This document shows positions 6,603 through 17,550 of a DNA stretch of 64,000 bases, in pieces (the first letter of the stretch is position 1; each line of letters opens with the position of its first letter). This DNA comes from a virus: the IMG/VR virus record IMGVR_UViG_3300043449_002510, positions 1 through 64,000 of that record; one strand, given 5' to 3'. The position numbers were made by a program, and so were the translations under genes. Under the pieces are notes generated by a model that searched no databases, was not told the origin of the DNA, and saw only the letters and a program-made list of their open reading frames with translations.

Positions 6603-7524
6603 TATGGAAGTTATATGCAAGATTTGTCAATTAAAGTTTGATAGCGATTTATCTTTCCATGCCCATTTAAAATCTCATAAAATTAGACAGGCTGAATATT
6701 ATCAAACTCATTATCCTAGATATGATAAATTTGATAAATCAATTATAAAATTTAAAAATAAAGAACAATATTTTAATACTGAGTTTAATTCAAGATTATC
6801 TTTTAAAAATTGGATTTTATCTGCTTCTTCAATAATTGCAGAATCTTATTCAAAAGAAGTTCTTTTAAAAAGAAAAGAAAAAGGCAAAATAAAATTTGCT
6901 CCCACTCAAGTTGAACTAAAAACAATGATGATGCCGGGAATTAAATTTATTAACGAAAAAATAAAAAATTATAATAACTTTTGTAAAGAGTTGGGGCTTG
7001 AAATTAAATTCTCAAAAGAATCTTTAAATGAAAATAATTTTAAAAATATAACTAATAAATATATTTTTACAGATTCGAGAGAACAAAAAGCTTTGGAGTT
7101 TGATAATCGTACAAGAGTCAAGGGTATGTCTTTTGGTGATTATAGAATGAAAGATTCTTCTATTTATATAGAAAGAAAATCAATAAATGATGCTTGGGGA
7201 ACTTTAACTGGAGGATATGAAAGATTTGAAAAGGAAATTATTAGAGCGAAAGAAGCTGAAGGTTATTTAGTTATTTTAGTTGAAGGTCCGTTTAATGAAT
7301 TAGAAAAATTTCCGACTCAAAGACAAGTTTATGGAAAAATTAAAATTCCTGTAGAATTTTTATATCATAATATTAGAGAGCTTTGTCAAAAATATAATCA
7401 TATTCAATTTTTATTTGTTAAAAATAGAGAAGAAGCAAGTAGAGTTATACAAAAAATTTTTGCAGCTGACGAACAAGTTAAAGATGTTGATCTTCAATAT
7501 CTTTACGACATAGGAAAATTATAA
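6595..7524 (+). CDS. C2H2 zinc finger + ERCC4/XPF-type nuclease
   Basis: CKIC..HLKSH; DSREQ, GDY and IERKS..D motifs. Confidence 0.8.
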   Translation: MANMEVICKICQLKFDSDLSFHAHLKSHKIRQAEYYQTHYPRYDKFDKSIIKFKNKEQYFNTEFNSRLSFKNWILSASSIIAESYSKEVLLKRKEKGKIKFAPTQVELKTMMMPGIKFINEKIKNYNNFCKELGLEIKFSKESLNENNFKNITNKYIFTDSREQKALEFDNRTRVKGMSFGDYRMKDSSIYIERKSINDAWGTLTGGYERFEKEIIRAKEAEGYLVILVEGPFNELEKFPTQRQVYGKIKIPVEFLYHNIRELCQKYNHIQFLFVKNREEASRVIQKIFAADEQVKDVDLQYLYDIGKL

Positions 7525-9368
7525 TGTGGTATAGTCCTCCTAAATACGAAAAAAATATAATAGATGTAAATAAAGATTTTTTAAATCTAAAGGGTGAGCT
7601 TGACGAAAAACAAGCTAGAATAACTTTAGCAAAATTTCTTTATAGAAATATTGGCTTTACGACAGAGCTTTTAACAGGAATAAAACTTTATCCAGATCAA
7701 GTTATCAACATCAAAGGAATGTTGAACAGCAACTATACTATGTGTGTTTGGGGACGTGGTTTAGGAAAAACATTTTCAGCGGCAATGTTTTGTATTTTAC
7801 AAAGTATATTCTTTCCAAAGTCAAAAATTCTTATAGCTGGCCCCACATTTAGAACTGCGCGTTTTATATTCAATTATATTGAAAAAACTTGTGATAGCCC
7901 TGGGGCTCAAATGTTATTTCAAGCAATGGGAGTTAAATCAAAGAGAAATGATGAATTTAGATGGAATATTAATGGTGGAGAAATCGTCGCGATCCCTCTT
8001 AATGGAGAAAAGATTCGTGGTTTTCGTGCGAATGTACTTGTTATTGATGAATTTCTTTTAATGAGCGAAGATATCGTGGAGAAAGTTTTAATGCCATTCC
8101 TTTTAGCTCCACAAGATATTGATGAAAGACAAAGAATACGCAGAAAAGAAGATGAATTAATTAGAAGGGGTCTTTTAAAAGAAGAGGATAAAATGAAATT
8201 TCCTAATAAGGCAAAATTCATTGGACTTTCTTCCGCCAGCTATACTTGCGAATTTTTATATAAAAAATATGACGAATTCATAAAAAAAATATATGATCCA
8301 AGTATGCCAGAAACTGGAGAAAAATATTTTATTAGTCAGTTAGCTTGGAATGCTATTCCAGAAGATCGTATAGATAAATCAATTATTGAATTAGCGAGTA
8401 GTAATGAATCTAATCAAGCAACTTTCAAACGCGAATATGGCGCTCAATTTATTGATGGTTCTGATAGTTATTTTTCAATGAAGAAAATGTTGGAATGTTC
8501 AGTTCCAGATGGTGAATCTCCTTCTATACAAATTAAAGGAGAAAAAGATAAAAAATATATTTTAGCAATTGATCCAAACTTTTCCAATTCTCCTACTGCC
8601 GACCATTTTGCAATGTGTTTAATAGAAATGGATGAAGATCCAAATAAAATTTCTGGAACAGTTATCCATAATTATGCAAAAGCAGGAAAAGATTTAAAAG
8701 ATCATATTAAATATTTTTATTATTTAATAAAAAATTTTAATATAGAAATGATTATTATTGATTATGCTGGTTATCAATTCATTGAATCAGCTAATGAAAG
8801 CGAATGGTTTAAAAAAGATAAAATAGAAATTAAAATTTTTGAATTTTATGCAGAAAAAGACGGATCTGAATTAGAAGATCAATTAAAAAATGCAAGAAGG
8901 CTTTATAATAAAGAAATTAATAGAATTGCTTTTACTCAATATTTTACTACTGACTTTATTAGAAAAGGTAACGAATGGTTGCAAGGATCTATCGATTATA
9001 AAAAAATATGGTTTGGCTCTAATATAAAAGCCGATGCTTCAACTTTTGATAAAGCAATATCTACAGAGATGGGAGAAGATTTAAAATTGGTTGATGAAGA
9101 TTCCTTGGGAGATTTAATAGATGAACAAGAAGTTTTAATGAGGCAAACAAAATATCAATGCGCGTCTATAGAAGTAAAATCTACGGCAAAAGGTACTCAA
9201 AGCTTTGATCTTCCACAAATCATGAAAAGAGATCATTCTGCCAACAGAATGAGAAGAGATAGTTATACTGCCTTAATGTTGGGTTGTTGGGGAATGAAGT
9301 GCTATAAAGACATTACCAAAGTCACTGAAAATGATTCTCAATCGACATTTGAACCTATTTTTCTTTAA
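7524..9368 (+). CDS. terL: Terminase large subunit
   Basis: GRGLGKT Walker A, IRGFRANVLVIDE Walker B, FKREYGAQF, RNase H-like ILAIDP, RDSYTAL. Confidence 0.92.
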   Translation: MWYSPPKYEKNIIDVNKDFLNLKGELDEKQARITLAKFLYRNIGFTTELLTGIKLYPDQVINIKGMLNSNYTMCVWGRGLGKTFSAAMFCILQSIFFPKSKILIAGPTFRTARFIFNYIEKTCDSPGAQMLFQAMGVKSKRNDEFRWNINGGEIVAIPLNGEKIRGFRANVLVIDEFLLMSEDIVEKVLMPFLLAPQDIDERQRIRRKEDELIRRGLLKEEDKMKFPNKAKFIGLSSASYTCEFLYKKYDEFIKKIYDPSMPETGEKYFISQLAWNAIPEDRIDKSIIELASSNESNQATFKREYGAQFIDGSDSYFSMKKMLECSVPDGESPSIQIKGEKDKKYILAIDPNFSNSPTADHFAMCLIEMDEDPNKISGTVIHNYAKAGKDLKDHIKYFYYLIKNFNIEMIIIDYAGYQFIESANESEWFKKDKIEIKIFEFYAEKDGSELEDQLKNARRLYNKEINRIAFTQYFTTDFIRKGNEWLQGSIDYKKIWFGSNIKADASTFDKAISTEMGEDLKLVDEDSLGDLIDEQEVLMRQTKYQCASIEVKSTAKGTQSFDLPQIMKRDHSANRMRRDSYTALMLGCWGMKCYKDITKVTENDSQSTFEPIFL

Positions 9369-9418
9369 AAAGTGTATTTACACATAAATTAATATAATAA
9401 ATTGGACTAAGGAATCAA

Positions 9419-11863
9419 ATGGATAGTTTAATTAGATTAAATCAAATTTATCAACCAGAATTATCTGGATACATTGCCAGTATAGTAAATTCTTTGTTGA
9501 CTTTTAACACTTCTGGTGATATAATTCCTTCTGGATCTGGAATAAAAAATCTCGGATCCGAAACGAATTATTATAAAAATCTTTATGTTAATGGAATTTC
9601 CGTCCCTTCTGGTAGTGGAATTACAATTGGAAATACTTTCTTTACTGCTTATTCTTCTGGCGGAGCAGGAATAGTTCAAGTTGGTGATTATAAAATAACT
9701 TCTTCTGGAAATTTTATTTCTATTCAAGGACCACAAGGTATTCAAGGTCCAACTGGCGCAACTGGAGAAAAAGGAGCAACGGGAATAGGAATAACTGGCG
9801 TTAATTATAATCAATTAAATTATGAATTAACTTTTAATTTATCAAATAATACAAATCAAATAGTCAATATTCCTCCATTAAGTGGAGCAACTGGAATTAG
9901 TATAACTGGTTTTTATAAAAGTGGTAATTTCATTTATCCTCAATTTGATAATTTTAAAGGAATTGGAGAGGCTATAGAATTACCGAGTGGGGCGCAAGGG
10001 ATTCAAGGTGCCCCGGGGACAGTCACTTTATATTTTAATTCTGGAACAGGATTAAATTCAGGTTCTTTTTCCGAGGTTGAGTTTCCTAAATTTGTACAAA
10101 TAAAAGAATATTATACTGAAGATCCATATCCTCCAATTTCTTTGATGAGAGGAATGTCTTATACATTTAATTCTTCTGGATTGTATACTCATCAAATAAC
10201 TGAATTAGATTATATATTAATAACTGGAATTTTAAATAATCCAAATGTGCCAATTGATATAATTGGCTCTTTAGTAAATTATTATTCTGACCCACTAAAC
10301 GGAACTGGATATTGGAGGGTTTCTTTTTTCGATTCTGGAGCTGCAACTGGAATATATAGCGGCTTGTACGATAGTGAAACAGGATTTTTTAACGCGATAT
10401 CTGGGAAAAATAATGAAATATATGGAAGCGATTTCTATACTGACATCTATAGAACTTCATTAACTTTTAATACAAAATTCACAGCAAAAGATCAATACAA
10501 ATATGGTTTCGTTGTTTATTCATTAGGAGAATTAGGGGATGAGGCATTAAACAACGGATCAATTGAAGGTTCCAAATCGATAGCTATAATTGTTGGTGAC
10601 ACTTATGTTTCTTCTGGAGTTGGACCTAGAGGCCCAATTGGACCTCAAGGCACAGAAGGTCCTCCGGGAACTGGAGTGGGTCCAAAAGGAGACCCAGGAG
10701 CCGGAATTATAGCTATAAATCAAGGAGATTTTCAAATACAATTTGTTTTTGCGGACGATACTGTTTCCGACTGGATTAATTTGCCTCAAGGTGGTCCTTC
10801 TGGCGCACAAGGCCCACCGGGATCTTTAATAAATTATTTCAGTGGAGAATACTCTTCAAATATTATTTATAAGTTGAACGACACAGTATCTAGACTTGGT
10901 TCTACATACATATATACAGGTTCATCTCCTCAATCTGGATACATTCCAGAGAATGGAATTAATTGGCAATTACTTGCAAAAAGTGGAGAAAAAGGTCAAA
11001 CAGGCGCGACTGGAGAAAGAGGAATTGCTGATAAGTATAGTTCAAGTTTTAATGTAGTTTCTGGATTTCCGACTGGAATTGAAAGTTATCAATTCAATAT
11101 AACTGGGATTACGGTTGATGGAGTATCTCTTAGTGGAACTGGAGCTATTTTTAAAGTTGGACAAAAAATTTCATTTAAAAACTCTGGAATAAATGGATAT
11201 TCTTATACTCCATATCAAAACATAGTCGTTTCTTCAAACTCTATTAATAATTCATATTTTTATGGATCTATTAATAACTACAATTCTAATAGTGGAATTA
11301 TTAGTTTTACAGTGCTTTCTGGAGGAACTGGAATAATTAATTCTACAATATCTGGAGATTATTATTTATGGTACAATTATCAACATTCTACCATTAATTT
11401 AGGGGCTAATTTAATGAGTGGGGCAGTTGGTCCACAAGGTCCAATTGGCCCCCAAGGTCCAGCTGGAAATCCATCTTTATTAAGAAACTCTGGAATTTTA
11501 TATTTAGATCGCAATGTGGGAGGAAATTTTATTTTAAATCCTTCTGGTTTTGATGTATTTAATATTACAATAACTGGAGATGATACCGCTGGAAACACTC
11601 CGATAGGAATTGATTTTGATTGGGATTATTTTCAAACTGGAAAATGCGTTTTAGTTAGAATAAGAAATAGTGGTATTTCTAATGGAAACATTGATCCTCC
11701 TTTATTTTATTTTACGGGAGTAAATGGAGCTTCAATAAAATGGCCGGGTGAAATTTATACTAGACCTAATAGTGGAGAATTTTATATTTATTCAATATTA
11801 AGGTTTATGGACGAAGACGATCAATCTTTATGTTTTGGAACTTATTCTAATCCATATAAATAA
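9419..11863 (+). CDS. Collagen-like repeat virion fibre with possible CBM5/12-like module
   Basis: Several Gly-X-Y blocks; YSSNIIYKLNDTVSRLGSTYIY...WQLLA. Confidence 0.7.
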   Translation: MDSLIRLNQIYQPELSGYIASIVNSLLTFNTSGDIIPSGSGIKNLGSETNYYKNLYVNGISVPSGSGITIGNTFFTAYSSGGAGIVQVGDYKITSSGNFISIQGPQGIQGPTGATGEKGATGIGITGVNYNQLNYELTFNLSNNTNQIVNIPPLSGATGISITGFYKSGNFIYPQFDNFKGIGEAIELPSGAQGIQGAPGTVTLYFNSGTGLNSGSFSEVEFPKFVQIKEYYTEDPYPPISLMRGMSYTFNSSGLYTHQITELDYILITGILNNPNVPIDIIGSLVNYYSDPLNGTGYWRVSFFDSGAATGIYSGLYDSETGFFNAISGKNNEIYGSDFYTDIYRTSLTFNTKFTAKDQYKYGFVVYSLGELGDEALNNGSIEGSKSIAIIVGDTYVSSGVGPRGPIGPQGTEGPPGTGVGPKGDPGAGIIAINQGDFQIQFVFADDTVSDWINLPQGGPSGAQGPPGSLINYFSGEYSSNIIYKLNDTVSRLGSTYIYTGSSPQSGYIPENGINWQLLAKSGEKGQTGATGERGIADKYSSSFNVVSGFPTGIESYQFNITGITVDGVSLSGTGAIFKVGQKISFKNSGINGYSYTPYQNIVVSSNSINNSYFYGSINNYNSNSGIISFTVLSGGTGIINSTISGDYYLWYNYQHSTINLGANLMSGAVGPQGPIGPQGPAGNPSLLRNSGILYLDRNVGGNFILNPSGFDVFNITITGDDTAGNTPIGIDFDWDYFQTGKCVLVRIRNSGISNGNIDPPLFYFTGVNGASIKWPGEIYTRPNSGEFYIYSILRFMDEDDQSLCFGTYSNPYK

Positions 11864-11871
11864 TAAAATTT

Positions 11872-13986
11872 ATGAAAAAGAAAAAATCTTTAAAAAAGAT
11901 AGAAACAAATGCTGCTGAATCCAATGAATCTTCATTGGAGAACAAAAAAATAATTAAGAGAAATAAAAAAAGCAAAAGCTTTAATCCAGAAATGGTGGCT
12001 GAAGCTTCAGCTAATACAGATATGCGTCGTAATATATCTTCGACAATAGAGAGAACGGATAGGTTCAAAAATATTGATGATGGACTAGTTCCCTTTAGAA
12101 ATTCCAATGCTATATATGGCCCAGATAAATCAGCCGTAGACATTAGAGATGCCGTTATTTTGTGTCAAAAATGTTATTATAATTTTGCTCTTTTTAGAAA
12201 CATTATTGATTTAATGACTGAATTTTCTATTGATAATATTTACTTCAAAGGAGGAAATAAGCAATCAAGAGCCTTTTTTGATGCGTTATTTAAAAAAATA
12301 AACATTTGGGATCTCCAAGATAAATTTTATCGTGAGTATTATCGTAGTGGAAATGTTTTTATATATCGTTTTGATGCAGAAGTAAAACCTAACGATATTA
12401 GGAAATTAATTCAGAGTGTCGCTGCCAAAAAAGATCCATATGCCGACAAACGTGTTAGTCCAATTGGAGATCCAGTTTTAGATCAAAACAAAATAATGGG
12501 AGATCCAGGGTTAGACAAAAATAATCAAATGGGTTATCCAACCGGCTATCCAACCAACAAAAAAGCTCCAGAAAATCCTCTTTTACAACAGGGAGATGTT
12601 GAGTTGGAAATTGAGCCAATGAAAATGCCAGCCAGATATATAATTTTAAATCCTGCTGACATTAATATGTTGGGTACAGCGAACTTTTCTTATGGTATTT
12701 ATTATAAAATTTTAACTGAGTATGAAGTTTCTAGACTTCGCAATCTTCAAACAGAAGAAGATATTGAAGTTTTTAATTCTTTACCGACTTTTACAAAAGA
12801 TCAAATTCGTGCGGGTGTTCGTAGCGTTTATATACCATTAGATACTAAAAAAGTAAAAATAGTTTTTTATAAAAAACAAGACTATGAACCATTTGCAGTT
12901 CCAATGGGATATCCAGTTCTCGAAGATATAAATGCTAAAATTGAATTACGTCGTATTGATATGGCAATTTCAAGAACAATGCAGCAAATTATTTTATTAG
13001 TTACCGCTGGAACTGAACCAGAAAAAGGCGGTATCAATCAAAAAAATCTTGAAGCATTAAAAACTCTTTTCACTAATCAATCTGTTGGAAGAGTTTTGAT
13101 TGCTGATTATACAACAAAAGCGGAATTTATAGTTCCCAAAATTGCTGAACTTTTAGATCCTAAAAAATATGAAATTATTGATAAAGATATTAACGTTGGC
13201 CTCAATAATATTTTCTTGGGTGGAGAAAAATTTGCCAACCAACAAAAGAAAATAGAAATTTTTGTTAAAAGACTTGAGCAAGCAAAACAGGCTTTTTTAA
13301 ATAATTTCTTAATACCAGAAATTAAAAGAATATCAAAATCTCTTAATTTTAAAAGTTATCCAACTCCTTATTATGACGATACTCTTCAAAAGGATGATCC
13401 AGCTTATACCAAAATATATTCTCATCTCTTAGATATTGGTATATTGACTCCAGAGCAAGGTATCGAAGCAATACAAACCAATCGTTTACCAGAAATAGAC
13501 GAATTAGAAGAGGGTCAAAAAAGATATAAAAATCAGAGAGACGCTGGTCTTTATACTCCTTTGATTGGGGGTTCAAAAATGGGAGAGGCTGGTCGTCCAA
13601 CAGGCTCTTCTGCACCACAAACTACCAAAAAAGTTTCTCCAATGGGATCAAAAGCCAATGAAGAAAAGCCAGAAATGCAATTTAGTCTTTCTAAATTAAA
13701 AGACAATATGGCTTATTCTCAAAAAATCGAACAAGAAATTATTTCTTTTTTAAAGAAAAAACATAAAATTAAAAAATTATCTGAAACGCAATTATCAATT
13801 GCTTCAGAAGTTTTAAATGTCATTATTGCCAATGAGGAAGTTGAAAATTGGAAAAACTGTGTTGAAAAATACTGCAATGATCCGACCGACAAAAATCAAG
13901 AAAGAATAAATAAAATTCTTTCTATAGCTGCCGAACATCAAGTTGATACCTATATGGCTGCACTTTTATATGCAAGCAAAAAATGA
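11872..13986 (+). CDS. Portal protein
   Basis: Lies between terL and the protease; portal-like RNIIDLMTEF, FYREYYRSGNVFIY, YPVLEDI segments. Confidence 0.8.
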   Translation: MKKKKSLKKIETNAAESNESSLENKKIIKRNKKSKSFNPEMVAEASANTDMRRNISSTIERTDRFKNIDDGLVPFRNSNAIYGPDKSAVDIRDAVILCQKCYYNFALFRNIIDLMTEFSIDNIYFKGGNKQSRAFFDALFKKINIWDLQDKFYREYYRSGNVFIYRFDAEVKPNDIRKLIQSVAAKKDPYADKRVSPIGDPVLDQNKIMGDPGLDKNNQMGYPTGYPTNKKAPENPLLQQGDVELEIEPMKMPARYIILNPADINMLGTANFSYGIYYKILTEYEVSRLRNLQTEEDIEVFNSLPTFTKDQIRAGVRSVYIPLDTKKVKIVFYKKQDYEPFAVPMGYPVLEDINAKIELRRIDMAISRTMQQIILLVTAGTEPEKGGINQKNLEALKTLFTNQSVGRVLIADYTTKAEFIVPKIAELLDPKKYEIIDKDINVGLNNIFLGGEKFANQQKKIEIFVKRLEQAKQAFLNNFLIPEIKRISKSLNFKSYPTPYYDDTLQKDDPAYTKIYSHLLDIGILTPEQGIEAIQTNRLPEIDELEEGQKRYKNQRDAGLYTPLIGGSKMGEAGRPTGSSAPQTTKKVSPMGSKANEEKPEMQFSLSKLKDNMAYSQKIEQEIISFLKKKHKIKKLSETQLSIASEVLNVIIANEEVENWKNCVEKYCNDPTDKNQERINKILSIAAEHQVDTYMAALLYASKK

Positions 13987-14739
13987 ATGTCATTTCAAAC
14001 ATTTAATTTATTTAACTTTTTCCAACAGCCAAATACTGGAAAAATTCCAGAGCCTAATTCTTTTGTAACAATTCCTTCAATTGATTCTATAAAGAGTGGA
14101 AAAGTTGCTGATTATAACTGGTCTTTCCCTTATATAAACAGAAGTATACCAGAAGCAATCTTTAAATCAAATCAAGAAGGTGTATTTCCAATAAGTTTAT
14201 TTTCAGATGCACTTTTTGAAGGTTTAATTGGAATAAGAAGACCATTAATTTTTAATAATATATCAGGTGGATTCTATGAAGACATAAACAAAGAATTTTA
14301 TAATTTAAATATTTCTGGATATTTTTTCCCACATGAAAAAGACTTTTCTAATTCAAAAATTATTTTGTCTGGTCAAATAAAAGAAGACCCATCTCAATTA
14401 AATCTATTTAAAAATTATATTAGTGGGGAAATTTTAAGTGGCGGTTCTGACTTTAATATTTTAAATCAAAAAATATCCGGAGAAATAATTGATGCAAAAA
14501 CAAACTTTGGTAAATCTGAGATTAAAATTTCTGGCAAAATAAACGACGAAAGACCTTTTAAAAATATTAATTTTTTTAAAATAAGTGGAAATTTTTTCCC
14601 ATTACAAAAGGATTCAGCAAATATTGAATATGAAATAACTGGATATTCGGTTGGAATAAGTCCTCCTAAATATAACGTTGAAAAATCTGATGAAATTACT
14701 TCTTTAAATTATTATATAAGCGAGTATAGCGTAGAATAA
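13987..14739 (+). CDS. Hypothetical virion protein with periodic ISG repeats
   Basis: ORF track; xISGxI/F recurs about every 16 aa. Confidence 0.6.
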   Translation: MSFQTFNLFNFFQQPNTGKIPEPNSFVTIPSIDSIKSGKVADYNWSFPYINRSIPEAIFKSNQEGVFPISLFSDALFEGLIGIRRPLIFNNISGGFYEDINKEFYNLNISGYFFPHEKDFSNSKIILSGQIKEDPSQLNLFKNYISGEILSGGSDFNILNQKISGEIIDAKTNFGKSEIKISGKINDERPFKNINFFKISGNFFPLQKDSANIEYEITGYSVGISPPKYNVEKSDEITSLNYYISEYSVE

Positions 14740-14771
14740 TAATTTAATATTAATTAGTGTATTTATAAAAA

Positions 14772-17546
14772 ATGAATTATAATTTAAATCTTGGATTAAA
14801 AGGGGAATATAAAGTAGATATTTATAGTGGCAAAAAGTTTGTAGAAACTACTGATTGGTTTTCTAATGATATAACTAATTGGGGACTGACTTATCCTTTT
14901 ACGTATTCTTTCGCAAGATGCTTTATGTTTCTTTCTTTAGGAAGCGTGGCTGGAACAAATAATCAAACTGGGACAGGTTTATTGAATCCTATAAAAGAGT
15001 TTGATGTTGTTTCAAATAATGGAGAAGGGCAATTAAAAAAACAATCAGGTCAATACATAGGTTGGGAAGGTTACGAAATCGGAGCAGATAAAAATTCTTC
15101 TTTGGATGAAGTTGGAGCAACAACTTGCGGTACAATTATAACTAATAAAGGCGTAAGAATGTATCGGGGCTGGACTATTCCAACTGGAAATTCTTCTGAG
15201 GAAAACGTAATTGGAGGAAATGGATTAACTATAAATCAATTTATGGTTTCTCCTTCGAGCGGTTCAGATGAAAAGGGGAATAAAGCTTTTAGTTTAGTAA
15301 ATAGAGAAATTGTTATTCCTTCTGGATATTCAGCAACTATTACTTATCAGTTAAGTATTGATTTTATAAATTATTCTGATCCTTATACATTTTTTTCTGG
15401 AAAAAATGTCGCAGGAACTAATGGATTTTTTGACACAGGAAAAGCTGTTACTGGAGTTAATGGGTCAAATGAAATAGAACTTTTAAGTAGTTGGAGTAAT
15501 TTAAGTGGAATTTTTCGTCAAGTGTCCCCAGGATTTGAAATTGTAGATGGAGTTGGAGCATGTATTCGTCCAACCAACATGGGAAATGATTTAGAGCCTT
15601 ATAGGGTAAATTGTTCTAATACATTTTTTTATTTATCTCCAGATATTTCTCAATTTTGTTTAAATAAAATTGGAACATATTCAGATCAATTAAAGGCATA
15701 TAATTCAATTGGTTTAATGGCAAATTATTATGAATTTGCAAGCGAAAATAATTATATATTGAGTATCAGTTCTAATTCTCAAAATGCTTCCGCTTATGTA
15801 AATCCAGAAGAATGGTTTTATTCTGGAGAATCAATCGGATCAGTAAATAGAGCTACGACAACTGAATTTGCAATGCCAGAAAATCCCCGTTTAAATGGAA
15901 TTATTAATATTAGTAATTACGCAACTGGAGAATTAGACCCAAATGGATTAACTTATAAAACAAAAAATTATACTGGAGCAAAAAATTTCCCCGTAGCATT
16001 TGCAACTCCAGGGAAAATTGGATTCAACGCTTCTTTTCCGGATTTTGGTCAAAAATTTGTTAGATCTACTTCTTTAAAAAGGCTTCCGATAGATCCAGTT
16101 ATAAAAGGGACCGGAACAAGATTCAAATACGTAACTAAAAAAGCAATTATTTCTCCTCTTTATTGTTATGGTACTAATAGTAGATATGGATCTTTGACTC
16201 TCGGATACAATAGTCAAAATACAAATGATATAGACGAACTTTCAATTTATCCATATATAGACTTTTTGTTTTTTGACAATGAAGGTCGTGGTGCAAATAT
16301 GGCGCATTATAGATATGTTCCAACTATTTATTTAAAAGATAGAGGAACTGGAATAGCAAAAATAAGGTTTGATATAATTGGAGAAGATGGAAATAAACCA
16401 GATTCAATAAACAGATTTTATTCTGTTTATGGATTTATGGGAAGCGGAGTCAATACAAATATAAATTCAAGTGGATTAGATCAAAGTAACCCTTTAATAT
16501 CTCTGGATAATATAATGCAAGACGGCGGCGATTTTGTGCCACCTGGCCCCAAAACTAGTGGATTTTTATTTCCAGGTCAAGTATTAAATGAAAATGTTCC
16601 GGGAGACATAAATTATAATAATGGAACTGGATATGGATCAGTATATGGAATAATTGCAAATAGTGGATTTTACACTTATTCATATGATCTTTGTCTTCTT
16701 GACATCCCAAATTGGAGTGGTTTAAATGGAAACCCAAGTGGAACTATAATTTATAATTTTTCTGGATCAACAGGTTTTACTGGAAATTTATGTTGGCCAC
16801 ATTATTCTAAAAAAATAAAATTAAAATTTGAAGAATTAGAATATATAAATCAATTTTCTGGAATAAGCAATTTAGGAAACATTTCTGATTCAGGGGGGAG
16901 CTTTGGAGAGCCAAATAAAAAATTAATTTTTGACATAACTGGAACGGGGCTAGATTACAGTAGTTTATTTAACAATAATAATTATACTAATACGAAAAGA
17001 ATTTGGATAGCGACTGGAAATGGAACTTCAATTAATGATGTACTAAGAACCGTTGATGTTGCGTCATATACAAATCTTAATTTTATATTTTCTGGTTCTT
17101 TGAATAGAGTTTGCACTGGATATATGACAACCGGAGCTTCTGGTAATTATATTTTCTTTTCTGGATTTAAAGATAATTTTCCATTATCTGGAAGAGGTAG
17201 TGGGTTAGGATTTTCAAATAGTGATATAAATGGATTTTTTATTTCAGGAATAAATACTACGGCTTTAAAACCAATATCATTGTTATATGGTTCACCTATT
17301 TCTTTACAGAAGCTTCCATATTCAGCAATAAAATGCGTCTCAGATAATTTAAAACGTCCAGAAGCTTATATTTATCATGTAGAAACCACTGGAGGTAATA
17401 TAGGATATAGAATATTACCAAATTATGCTATTGCAAATACTGGAAATTCAAATAAATACAATGCTGTAACTGGAGGAACTTTTCCGGGCTTGAGTATTGA
17501 AAATGGCATGGAATTATATTTAACATTATCTTGGACTGGAGTTTAA
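14772..17546 (+). CDS. Putative virion structural protein, 924 aa
   Basis: G/S/T/N-rich; N-terminus paralogous to the next gene. Confidence 0.6.
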   Translation: MNYNLNLGLKGEYKVDIYSGKKFVETTDWFSNDITNWGLTYPFTYSFARCFMFLSLGSVAGTNNQTGTGLLNPIKEFDVVSNNGEGQLKKQSGQYIGWEGYEIGADKNSSLDEVGATTCGTIITNKGVRMYRGWTIPTGNSSEENVIGGNGLTINQFMVSPSSGSDEKGNKAFSLVNREIVIPSGYSATITYQLSIDFINYSDPYTFFSGKNVAGTNGFFDTGKAVTGVNGSNEIELLSSWSNLSGIFRQVSPGFEIVDGVGACIRPTNMGNDLEPYRVNCSNTFFYLSPDISQFCLNKIGTYSDQLKAYNSIGLMANYYEFASENNYILSISSNSQNASAYVNPEEWFYSGESIGSVNRATTTEFAMPENPRLNGIINISNYATGELDPNGLTYKTKNYTGAKNFPVAFATPGKIGFNASFPDFGQKFVRSTSLKRLPIDPVIKGTGTRFKYVTKKAIISPLYCYGTNSRYGSLTLGYNSQNTNDIDELSIYPYIDFLFFDNEGRGANMAHYRYVPTIYLKDRGTGIAKIRFDIIGEDGNKPDSINRFYSVYGFMGSGVNTNINSSGLDQSNPLISLDNIMQDGGDFVPPGPKTSGFLFPGQVLNENVPGDINYNNGTGYGSVYGIIANSGFYTYSYDLCLLDIPNWSGLNGNPSGTIIYNFSGSTGFTGNLCWPHYSKKIKLKFEELEYINQFSGISNLGNISDSGGSFGEPNKKLIFDITGTGLDYSSLFNNNNYTNTKRIWIATGNGTSINDVLRTVDVASYTNLNFIFSGSLNRVCTGYMTTGASGNYIFFSGFKDNFPLSGRGSGLGFSNSDINGFFISGINTTALKPISLLYGSPISLQKLPYSAIKCVSDNLKRPEAYIYHVETTGGNIGYRILPNYAIANTGNSNKYNAVTGGTFPGLSIENGMELYLTLSWTGV

Positions 17547-17550
17547 TAAT

